A DNA stretch of 64,000 nt from Dehalococcoidia bacterium (GTDB taxonomy: Bacteria; Chloroflexota; Dehalococcoidia; Lucifugimonadales; VXLM01). The notes below the pieces were generated by a model. It did no database searches and was not told where the DNA came from. It was given only the letters and a program-made list of their open reading frames with translations. This document shows, piece after piece, positions 19,570 through 29,317 of the stretch; within the stretch, counting starts at the first letter, position 1; each line of letters begins with the position of its first letter. The translations under genes and the position numbers were made by a program. The stretch spans positions 900,507-964,506 of the forward strand of contig OY759598.1 of the NCBI GenBank assembly GCA_963662435.1, given 5' to 3'.

Positions 19570-20295
19570 TTATCCCTCGCCTCTCATTTTGAGTTGGACC
19601 TGCTTGAGCTTGGGCCAGGTCATGCCGGGCTGGCGTGCGATCTTCATGTAGGACTGTTCGCGTTCGCGAATCTCGCGGGCCTTCTCAAGCGCGACAGCGG
19701 GGTCCATGTGGTTCGGGATGCGTGTCACGCCGTCGCGGTCGCAGATGAGCAGGTCATTGGGATGAATGAGCAGCCCGGCAACCACAACGGGAACATCGGC
19801 ACGGATGAGGTTGAATACTCCGTGCCCGGGGACGAGGCCCTTGCCCCACACGGGCAAGCCCACCTCCTCGATGCCCGCCAGGTCGCGGATCGAGCCGTCG
19901 ACGACGATGCCTGTTGCACCGACCATTTTGTGGGTGGAGGCCATGCCGTCTCCGAGCACGGCGCCACGTCCGGGCCTGGAATCGATGTCCTTGATGACGC
20001 CGACTATCGGGGAGGGTGTTTCGTCCAGCTTGTCGTAGTAGTCGTGCCAGTCGATCTTGCGAGAGTCCGGCTCGAGGGCCGTGACCTCGCAGGTGACGGC
20101 ATATCCGACCGCGCTTCCGAGGTTGGGGAGGTAGCAGTGGAGGGTAGGGTCGGTGTAGATGATTGGCACTCCCCCCTGTCCTTCCAACTCTGTCCCGCCC
20201 TGGCTGCCGCCCATGCTCTCGATCACGGCGTTGAACATGGTGGCAGAGTCGAACTCGCTAATGCCATCTATGACCTCTTGCGTTGTGGCTGTCAT
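19570..20295 (-). CDS. RraA-like / HMG-aldolase family protein
   Basis: Start revised to MTATTQ, which has its own GGAG RBS and TATAAT upstream. Motifs GYAVT, AVLGDGMA, VVDGSIRD and DLLICDRDGV. Confidence 0.85.
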   Translation of the reverse strand: MTATTQEVIDGISEFDSATMFNAVIESMGGSQGGTELEGQGGVPIIYTDPTLHCYLPNLGSAVGYAVTCEVTALEPDSRKIDWHDYYDKLDETPSPIVGVIKDIDSRPGRGAVLGDGMASTHKMVGATGIVVDGSIRDLAGIEEVGLPVWGKGLVPGHGVFNLIRADVPVVVAGLLIHPNDLLICDRDGVTRIPNHMDPAVALEKAREIREREQSYMKIARQPGMTWPKLKQVQLKMRGEG

Positions 20296-20378
20296 TCCGG
20301 TCTCCTGCCTTCCAATTGGATGGGATGCGTGCGCGGCGGCAATTATATACGTTTCAGGGCGGGTGACATAGCCCGTGT

Positions 20379-21055
20379 CCATGCGAGGAGTGGGCGTGGT
20401 GATCCGAAACGACAATGCAGCTTCACTCGTCCGGGGGCATGAGACGGTTTGAGAAAATGAGACGGTTTGAGAATGGCAAGGCACTGCCATATTCCCAGCG
20501 TCCATGAGAGGAGTGGGCGTGGTGATCCGAGGCGAGATTGCAGCTTCACTCGTACCGGGGCATGAGACGTTTTGAGAAAATGAGACGGATTGAGAAAGGC
20601 AGGGCACCGCCTTATTCCCCGTGTCCATGAGAGGAGTGGGCGTGGTGATCCGAGGCGACAGTGCAGCTTCACTCGTACCGGGGCATGAGACGTTTTGAGA
20701 ATGGCAAGGCACTGCCTTATTTCCAGCGTCCGTGAGAGGAGTGGGCGTGGTGATCCGAGGCGATAATGCAGCTTTTCTCGTACGGGGGCATGAGACGTTT
20801 TGAGAATATGAGACGGATTGAGAAAGGCAGGGCACAGCCTTATTCCCAGTGTCAATGAGAGGAGTGGGCGTGGTGATCCGAGACGATAATGCAGCTTTTC
20901 TCGTACCGGGGCATGAGAAGGTTTGAGAAAATGAGACGGATTGAGAAAGGCAAGGCACAGCCTTATTCCCAGTGTCTATGAGAGGAGTGGGCGTGGTGAT
21001 CCGAGGCGAGATTGCAACTTTTCTCGTCAGGGGGCATGAGAAGGTTTGAGAATGG
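20379..21055. repeat. Tandem array of imperfect 123-bp units (block 1, about 5.5 units)
   Basis: Units start at 20379, 20502, 20625, 20730 (preceding unit is 105 bp, lacking one 18-bp subrepeat), 20853 and 20976. Core is GAGGAGTGGGCGTGGTGATCCGA. Confidence 0.95.
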
Positions 21056-21159
21056 GCCGACCCATTTCTTTTGCTAGTGGAGACGGTTACGAAACCTCGG
21101 CAATTGGCATACTGAAAGAGACAAAGTGGAATCAGGAAGCTAGGAACCTTATTCTCTAA

Positions 21160-21300
21160 GAGGGTGTTTCCGGAATTCGTGAAACACGTTCGTGGTGAGC
21201 TTGTCGAACCATGAACAGCGCCTCGACCCTTCGACAAGCTCAGGGCGAGCGGGCAAAAGTCACCTTTGGATATTCCCAAGAACACTTTGGAAACACCCTC
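21160..21300. mobile_element. 141-bp MITE with 12-bp terminal inverted repeats and TAA target duplication
   Basis: TAA|GAGGGTGTTTCC ... GGAAACACCCTC|TAA. No ORF; the interior holds a palindromic doublet (GAGCTTGTCGAA / TTCGACAAGCTC). Confidence 0.75.
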
Positions 21301-21414
21301 TAAGGGAGTTTGGTAGCTGGACCGGCCCGAATTAGGGTGGCATGACATCTTAGATTCCTCGCTGCGCTCGGAATGACAGGCTGTTATGTAGGGGTATGCA
21401 GGGGTCTCCAGGCA

Positions 21415-21633
21415 CTTGAGAGACGAGTTGGCTTGTGAACCAAGGCGAGGTTGTAGCTTCCTTCGCAGTATGGCATGAGAAGTTTTGAGAATATGAGACG
21501 GTTTGAGAATGGCAAGGCACTGCCTTATTCCCAGTGTCCAAGAGAGGAGTGGGCGTGGTAATCCGAGGCGAGATTGCAGCTTTTCTCGTACCGGGGCATG
21601 AGATGGATTGAGAATATGAGACGTTTTGAGAAT
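21415..21633. repeat. 123-bp unit array, block 2 (about 2 units, first degenerate)
   Basis: Units at ~21415 and 21538 (123 bp apart), with the same core and 18-bp subrepeats as block 1. Confidence 0.88.
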
Positions 21634-21800
21634 AGCTCAGCGTTTTGTTTTCCTGTCTTCTGAGATTGCTTCGTTCGGATCTGTGCGTTCGGACGGCGAT
21701 GGCAGAACGATGGCTACGGTGTAACTCACGGTAGAGCATGCGTTCTCTAGGGTCAAATTGGATGCCTGGCAAGTTGAGGTGGCAAAGAATCTTTCATGCC

Positions 21801-21883
21801 GGTTGCACCGACACCGCCAATCATGAAGACTGCGGAATGGGCGATTCGCGAATCGCCCCTACGGGAGATTGGACGGGGGTTAT
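21801..21883. repeat. GTAG-type REP-like element (GGGCGATTCGCGAATCGCCCCTAC) with conserved flanks
   Basis: The identical 24-mer recurs at 29231-29254 and 61656-61679, with similar flanking sequence. Confidence 0.85.
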
Positions 21884-22197
21884 GGAGGAGGAGGATCGAA
21901 TGACAGGACGTGAGCAGCGTTAGGACGGGTACGGAATTCACCCTCACCCCAGCCCTCTCCCGCGAACGGGAGAGGGGGCAGGAAGTCGGGTTCCCTCTAG
22001 GGGGGCCTTTTAGCGACGAGTGTTGTTTTTCCTTACGGCGGTTTGCGGAACTCGTGGATGGGTGTTGTGGACCAGTTGTCAATGGGTCACGAATTGATGT
22101 GATTCAAGGTAGATGGTAGTCTTCGCGGACTGTCGTGGACCAGGTTTCAGGAACCCCGTTCGAGGAAGAGACAAGTGGGTCGAGGCACTCATAGCCG

Positions 22198-23301
22198 ATG
22201 AATTTCGTCGAATACCTATTGGAAGACGGTTTTCGGTACGCCTTCGCCGTATCGACCGTGGACCTGTCGGGGAACGGGTTGCCGGACATTGTTGCTTGCG
22301 ATACGGGCGTCGGGATCTGCTGGTTTGAGAACCTTGGGGCTGGGGAGTTCGTGCGTCACACGATTCACGAACAGGAAGATGAGTGGCTGGAGCGACACCA
22401 GATCGCTGACATCAACGGGGACGGGAAGCCGGAGATTGTCGGTGTGGACAACTGGAACGGGTCGGTGCTGTGGTTCGAGTACGACGGCGATCCCAGGGAG
22501 CGGTCTTCTTGGAGTCGGCACTATGTCTCGGAGGGAGGCCTCATCGGCGCGTACGACGTGACGGTGGCCGACCTCACGGGAAACGGACTCATGGACGTGG
22601 CGGCGTCAAGCTGGAGGACGGGGAAGCAGTTCGCGTGGTTCGAGAATTGCGGCGACCTGTGGGTGAAGCGCGTCATCGAGGACGACCTACCGGAGACCCG
22701 GACGATCCACGCGGTCGAGATTGCGGGTAGCGGGAGGATGGACCTGATCGGCACAGCATCGAGCGCGGGACAGGTCATGTGGTACGAGAACCTGGGCGGT
22801 GACCCGGACCAGATGTGGCAGAAGCACGTCATCGATTGTTCGGCAGGGAGGGTGATTCACGGGAATCTCGTGGATATGGACGGAGACGGAGGAGTCGACT
22901 TCGTTACAGCGGTTGGCGTGAGCGGGAAGACGCCGGAGGAGCTGGCAGTTCAGCAGGTCGTCTGGTATGAGCACGACGGCGATCCGCGGGCGTCACCGTG
23001 GACGAAGCACGTAATCTGCGAGCGGTTCCCGTTCGGGTTCGAGGCGATTGGGGTGGATATTGACGGCGATGGCGACATAGAAGTCGTCGCCACGGGCGGG
23101 GGTGAGAAGGGCAAGGTGGCCGTGTTCAAGCATCGGGGCGACCCGCGGGGCGTCTGGGAAATGGAGCTCATCAAGGAGAACTGGCCTCGTGCGAACCAGG
23201 TCATCGTCGCCGATCTAACCGGGGACGGCAGGCCGGATGTCATAGTGGCGGCGGAGCGCGACAACCGGGAGATTCGGTGGTGGGAGAACCGGGACGCCTG
23301 A
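22198..23301 (+). CDS. FG-GAP/VCBS-repeat protein (probable beta-propeller)
   Basis: Seven D-x-x-G-[DN]-G-x-x-D-like repeats, each followed by W[FY]E-like strands; no signal peptide apparent. Confidence 0.85.
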   Translation: MNFVEYLLEDGFRYAFAVSTVDLSGNGLPDIVACDTGVGICWFENLGAGEFVRHTIHEQEDEWLERHQIADINGDGKPEIVGVDNWNGSVLWFEYDGDPRERSSWSRHYVSEGGLIGAYDVTVADLTGNGLMDVAASSWRTGKQFAWFENCGDLWVKRVIEDDLPETRTIHAVEIAGSGRMDLIGTASSAGQVMWYENLGGDPDQMWQKHVIDCSAGRVIHGNLVDMDGDGGVDFVTAVGVSGKTPEELAVQQVVWYEHDGDPRASPWTKHVICERFPFGFEAIGVDIDGDGDIEVVATGGGEKGKVAVFKHRGDPRGVWEMELIKENWPRANQVIVADLTGDGRPDVIVAAERDNREIRWWENRDA

Positions 23302-23508
23302 ACGATTGCGGTGGTTGGACTTATCCCATCATCAATTTGGCAAACCTGATGGATTGCCGCCTTCGCGGGAATTTGATAGCGGGGGTGATTATGCCCTCAC
23401 CCCAACCCTCTCCCGCGAACGGGAGAGAGGGTCAGACGAAGAGGGGCGCCGTTTCCGGCGCCCCTCAGTTAGCTCTTGCGACTCTAACCCACGTCTTGAC
23501 CGGCTTCC

Positions 23509-24966
23509 CTAGTCCCCGTCGTCAGTCGTGGGTTCCCCGCCGTTGTTGGATGCGTCTTCGGTGGGGGTGACGTCGGAGACGACGCCTGGGAGGTTCTTGA
23601 GGGTGCTGATAAGGTCGACCCCCGTGAGGGACTGCACGAGAGCGGGAAGCTGCGCAATCGTGGCAGAGACGTCCTGCGTGACCTTGCTGGCGCCCGCACC
23701 CGCTCCATCGTCGCCGCCGTTGCTGATGACGACGATGCTATCGGTCTTGGCGAGCGGCTGAGCCACAGCTTCGGCGACCTGCGGGAGCGACTCGAAGAGC
23801 TGCTGGATCATGGCGGCCTGCCCGTACTGCTTCCAGGCGTCGGCCTTCTTGTCCATGGCCAGGGCTTCCGCGAGACCCTGCGCCTTGATCGCTTCGGCCT
23901 CGGCCTCACCGCGAGCCTTGATAGCGGACGCATCGGCATCACCACGCAGCTTGATCGCCTCGGCTTCGGCCTCAGCCTCCGCAATGACACGGGAACGCTC
24001 GCCCTCTGCTACCGTTTCGAGCTTGTAGCGTTCGGCCTCGGCCTCAACCCTGGCGCGACGCCTGTTGCCCTCGGCGATCAGTTCCAACTGGTCGCGTTCG
24101 GCCTCAGCGGGACGGCGTATGGTCGCGTCCAGCTCGCGCTCGCGGCGAAGGATCTCCTGCTGCTGGATTTCGATCTGCTTCTGACGCTCGACGACCTCGA
24201 CCTGCAGCTCCTCTTCGCGGATCTGCTGGCGGGTTTTCGCCTCCTGCAGGGAGTAGGCCAATTCAGCCTCGGCCTTTCGTGCGTTGACCTGCTGGTCGTA
24301 CGCCGCCTTCTGGGTCTCGAAGCCACGCTGTGACTCTGCGATAGCGGTGTCGGCGGCATATCGCGCTGCTTCTCGCTGCTGTTCCGCCTGGGCCGACTTG
24401 ATCCCCGAGTCCCGCTCTGCCTCGGCCTCACCGATCATGGCGTCTCGCTTGACTTCCGACGTTCTTCGGACTCCGAGGGCCTCGAGGTATCCCTGCTCAT
24501 CTTGAATGTCGCGGATCGAGAAGCTGACGATCTCCAGTCCCATGTTCGTCATGTCTGTCGCGGCCACGTCACGGACCTGCTCCGCGAAAGCAACACGGTC
24601 GCGATAGATATCCTCAACCGTCATGGTGCCGAGAATGGCGCGCTGCTGGCCCTCAAGGGTCTGGAGAGCGACCTCGGCGGTCTCATTCACACTCTTGCCG
24701 AGGAACTGCTCGGCTGCGGTCCTGATGGCCTCCTCGCCCCGTCCGACCTTCACCTGTGCGACGCCGTCGACGGATACCGAGACGCCTTCCTTTGTGTACA
24801 CTCTCGCCGTGTTGACCTGTAGGGTCATTACCTCCAGCGAGAGCATCTGGGCCTTTTGGACGAATGGCATCACGAACATTCTGCCACCGACCTTGACCTT
24901 CGGCTGCCTGCTTCCGCCTGAAACGATCAGGGCGTAATTCGGTCCTACTGTATGAAAACCTGCCAT
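23509..24966 (-). CDS. Flotillin-family SPFH protein
   Basis: SPFH domain (AAEQFLGK, TLEGQQRAILGTMTVE) followed by a long AEAE-rich coiled coil. Confidence 0.93.
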   Translation of the reverse strand: MAGFHTVGPNYALIVSGGSRQPKVKVGGRMFVMPFVQKAQMLSLEVMTLQVNTARVYTKEGVSVSVDGVAQVKVGRGEEAIRTAAEQFLGKSVNETAEVALQTLEGQQRAILGTMTVEDIYRDRVAFAEQVRDVAATDMTNMGLEIVSFSIRDIQDEQGYLEALGVRRTSEVKRDAMIGEAEAERDSGIKSAQAEQQREAARYAADTAIAESQRGFETQKAAYDQQVNARKAEAELAYSLQEAKTRQQIREEELQVEVVERQKQIEIQQQEILRRERELDATIRRPAEAERDQLELIAEGNRRRARVEAEAERYKLETVAEGERSRVIAEAEAEAEAIKLRGDADASAIKARGEAEAEAIKAQGLAEALAMDKKADAWKQYGQAAMIQQLFESLPQVAEAVAQPLAKTDSIVVISNGGDDGAGAGASKVTQDVSATIAQLPALVQSLTGVDLISTLKNLPGVVSDVTPTEDASNNGGEPTTDDGD

Positions 24967-24977
24967 TTACTTCCCCC

Positions 24978-26363
24978 TTATTCTTGCTGAGTTGGGCTCG
25001 TGCTAACGTCGGTTGCATCGTCGATGTCTTCGTAGAGCTTCTCGACCTTGAGCACCTCATTATAGACGCCAACGACTCGAATCTCATCACCTTCCTTGAT
25101 TATCACTCCGGGTTCGGTTGAAGCCGACCATTCCTGATTTGCGACCCAGACCTTGCCTGCTGGTCGGAGCTCGGATACGGCAACGCCCCACTGTCCCTCG
25201 AGCAGGACCTCCTCTTCGCTCTGGAATCCGGTGGATACGCCACCCTCGGTGCGGGCGAGCCGGATGAAGAAGTACCAGAATACGGTCATGAGGGCGGTCA
25301 TCAAGGCGATCATGATTGGGCTCACCAGGAAACTGGGCTCCGGCACGTCGGAAGGGCTGAAGAAGTTCCCGAAAAGCAGGAGTGCGCCGACTATGAGAGA
25401 AACGAGTCCTCCAGCACCGAAGACGCTGAATCCGGGGGCAAGCGATTCGCCGTAGAAGAGTCCCATCGCAAGGGCGATGAGGGCAACGCCAAGCCAGCTT
25501 CCGGGCAGGTTCCAGAATCCAACGAAAGCCAGCCCGAGGGCGATGACTCCCAGGATCCCAGGCCCGAACATGCCAGGAATGATGACCTCGATGAGAATTG
25601 CGATGCCTCCGATGAAGAAGAGCGCGAAGACGACGTTGGGACTGGCGAGGATATCCAGTACATGTTCCATGAATGTGCGATCGAGCCGGCTCACGCTTGC
25701 CGCTTCGGCAGTCAGAGTGAGCTGGCCGGAAGCGGTTGTTACCGTGCGCCCTTCAAGCTGTTGGAGCATGGAGTTCATGTCCGGCGCAATGAGGTCGATG
25801 ACGCCTAGCTCGAGGGCCTCCTCGGCCGAATAGGCGGTCGACAGGAGGACAGTGTTTTCGAGGGCCTCGGCATTGCGGTCGCGGGTCTGTGCGATGCCCC
25901 GGATGAAGGCGCTGGTTTCGGCGCTGATCTTGCGGGAGAGCGTAGGCGGGATATCTCCACCGGTCGATGTGACGGGGGAGGCGGCCCCGATGGTAGTGCC
26001 GGGCGCCATGACGGCAACATTGGCTGCGGCTGCGATGAAGGTGCCGGCGGATGCCGCCCTCGCGCCGGCGGGGCCGACGAAAACCGCGACGGGCGTGTCC
26101 GAAGCCAAGATTTCTTCGACAATCTCGCGGGTGGACTCCAGCAGACCGCCGGGGGTGTCCAACTGAATGACGACGAGGGAAGTGCCGCTGTCCCGGGCCT
26201 CGTCGATTCCGCGCGCGATCCGGCCGACGGTCAGGGGTTCGATGTTGCCGTCGACCTCGATAACGAGGACGGAAGGGCCCTCTGCGGAGACGGAGCCGGC
26301 AGTGGAGCAAATGAAGAGGGTGCCGGCTACGATTACGGTTAACGCTGTAATGACGTGCCGCAT
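24978..26363 (-). CDS. nfeD: Full-length NfeD membrane-bound serine protease
   Basis: Signal peptide, ClpP-like domain (LDTPGG, AASAG, IGAASP), TM region and C-terminal OB-fold (LRPAGKV...EW). Confidence 0.9.
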   Translation of the reverse strand: MRHVITALTVIVAGTLFICSTAGSVSAEGPSVLVIEVDGNIEPLTVGRIARGIDEARDSGTSLVVIQLDTPGGLLESTREIVEEILASDTPVAVFVGPAGARAASAGTFIAAAANVAVMAPGTTIGAASPVTSTGGDIPPTLSRKISAETSAFIRGIAQTRDRNAEALENTVLLSTAYSAEEALELGVIDLIAPDMNSMLQQLEGRTVTTASGQLTLTAEAASVSRLDRTFMEHVLDILASPNVVFALFFIGGIAILIEVIIPGMFGPGILGVIALGLAFVGFWNLPGSWLGVALIALAMGLFYGESLAPGFSVFGAGGLVSLIVGALLLFGNFFSPSDVPEPSFLVSPIMIALMTALMTVFWYFFIRLARTEGGVSTGFQSEEEVLLEGQWGVAVSELRPAGKVWVANQEWSASTEPGVIIKEGDEIRVVGVYNEVLKVEKLYEDIDDATDVSTSPTQQE

Positions 26364-26401
26364 GGTAGCCCTCTCATCGTAAGAATCCAGATTCCGTCCG
26401 C

Positions 26402-26430
26402 ATCGTAGTTGAGTCCATAGGTAGTGTCAA
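26402..26430 (-). promoter_or_regulatory. Sigma70-type promoter for nfeD-flotillin
   Basis: TTGACA-17 nt-TACGAT on the minus strand. Confidence 0.6.
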
Positions 26431-26782
26431 GGCGAACAGGCCGTTGGTAGTTTTTTGTCTTGGTGAGTTGAATCACAAAGACCCCCTCTCTGTATCTCTC
26501 CCCCGCCGGGGGAGAGATTGTAGGTTATTCGTCGCTGCGCTCCTCAGAATGACAGCGAGAGAGCAACTCGTGCAATCTCACCAGCTCTGAACAGTTGCGG
26601 CCGTTGCAGGTATGTGGTCATCGTGAGTCAAGTCTAGTGGGTATTCGGTGGGTGAACATCACACGATTCTGGGATATTTGGAGGGATGACTCGGCGTGCT
26701 GAAGAGTGGGGGCAAGGAATTTCTGTCTGGCGGTCAACTTGTGTGAACGGCGGTATGGTGGATGAGCGAGGATTTTGGGAAG

Positions 26783-26820
26783 GAAAAGGTAGAGGCCCCA
26801 AGACGAGTCCTGGGGCCTCT
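26783..26820 (-). terminator. Intrinsic terminator after groEL
   Basis: AGAGGCCCCAGGAC-TC-GTCTTGGGGCCTCT hairpin followed by ACCTTTTCCTT on the minus strand. Confidence 0.7.
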
Positions 26821-26851
26821 GTTGTCGGACTTTAGTCGACCTTGGTTAGGT

Positions 26852-28462
<1,611 letters not shown>

Positions 28463-28537
28463 TTCGTCTATTCCCTCCTGTGGAAAGTTGTCTGTTTTGG
28501 GGATTTCAGTATCGAGATGTCTTGTTGACGACGAGAC

Positions 28538-28834
28538 CTACTTCTTCAGTAGTACGTCGTCTTCCCTCAGGACGAGGTACTCGATGTCGCCCTCTTTGAA
28601 TTCGGTCCCTCCGTACTTGGAGTAGACGACGGTGTCGCCCACTGCGAGTTCCATGGGGACCCGCTTGCCGTCGTCGGTGAGCTTGCCCGGACCAACCGCA
28701 ACTACCGTGCCCTCCTGCGGCTTTTCCTTCGCCGTGTCGGGAATGTAGATTCCCCCGGCGCTCATCTGCGCGTCCTCTTCCATCGGTTCCACTACGATCC
28801 GATTGCCCAAAGGTTTGAACGTGACGTCTGCCAA
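28538..28834 (-). CDS. groS: Co-chaperonin GroES
   Basis: KPLGNR, GGIYIPDTAKEKPQEG and YSKYGGTE. Confidence 0.98.
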   Translation of the reverse strand: MADVTFKPLGNRIVVEPMEEDAQMSAGGIYIPDTAKEKPQEGTVVAVGPGKLTDDGKRVPMELAVGDTVVYSKYGGTEFKEGDIEYLVLREDDVLLKK

Positions 28835-28880
28835 CGTACCTACCCTCCTTACGTGTTGTGTTTTGTATCCCGGCGAAACT

Positions 28881-28907
28881 TTAGCAGTCTCACTTAGACA
28901 CTGCTAA
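28881..28907. promoter_or_regulatory. CIRCE (HrcA operator), variant
   Basis: TTAGCAGTC-N9-CACTGCTAA versus the canonical TTAGCACTC-N9-GAGTGCTAA. It lies immediately downstream of the groES -10. Confidence 0.85.
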
Positions 28908-28909
28908 TT

Positions 28910-28939
28910 ATTGTAGGGCGGGAGAATTCCGTGCGTCAA
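28910..28939 (-). promoter_or_regulatory. Sigma70-type promoter of groESL
   Basis: TTGACG-18 nt-TACAAT on the minus strand. Confidence 0.7.
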
Positions 28940-29024
28940 CAATATCGGGCACGAGGTTGAGGGATTTTGGAGCGAAGGGATGCAGGCGTCGATAGTCATT
29001 CCCCGCGCGAATGTGCCTCTCAGT

Positions 29025-29154
29025 CTGTCATTCCGAGCGCTGCGAGGAATCTAGGATGCGCTGTCGGGGCCAATAGGCTGTATCCGCTACTGGACTCGTC
29101 TGTAGAGCGAGATTCTAGATTCCTCACTTCGCTCCGCTGCGTTCGGAATGACAG
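29025..29154. repeat. Inverted doublet of CTGTCATTCCGAGCG..GAGGAATCT repeat
   Basis: Similar doublets at 37990-38165 and 61348-61439; single copies at 21351-21379, ~26525-26555 and 61632-61650. Confidence 0.85.
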
Positions 29155-29317
29155 TTGCTGGGGTAGTGTTGCGTTCGGAATATTTGATGAGGGTTGTCAC
29201 CGACATCACCTAACATGGAAATGGCAGGAGGGGCGATTCGCGAATCGCCCCTACGGGAATTTGGCCCGGGGGTTATTTTCAGAGGGATTACTGGCGCCAG
29301 GGCTGTGCGATGGTCGG

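Noticed and set aside
18032..19651. Long antisense ORFs (e.g. 18032-19651, 38235-39773, 49240-50421, 60319-61233)
   Set aside because: These are shadow ORFs opposite well-supported genes in GC-rich DNA, with no recognisable motifs.
20379..21000. Poly-selenocysteine reading of the plus-strand repeat frame (recurrent TGA, one TGC variant)
   Set aside because: The block-2 copy has AGA and TAA at these positions. There is no redox motif, no plausible start and no supporting SECIS.
19570..21348. 592-aa ORF fusing a repeat domain to the RraA-like protein
   Set aside because: The extension runs through the DNA repeat array and the MITE, and unit variation is largely non-synonymous in this frame. 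The RraA gene has its own TATAAT and RBS before ATG 20295. The frame stays open because unit lengths are multiples of 3.
20379..21633. CRISPR array
   Set aside because: Sequences between the conserved cores are homologous to each other rather than unique spacers, the period is 123 bp, and there are no cas genes in the window.
22094..22107. FNR-like box TTGAT-N4-TTCAA
   Set aside because: It is a single imperfect match without a clear promoter context and could be chance.
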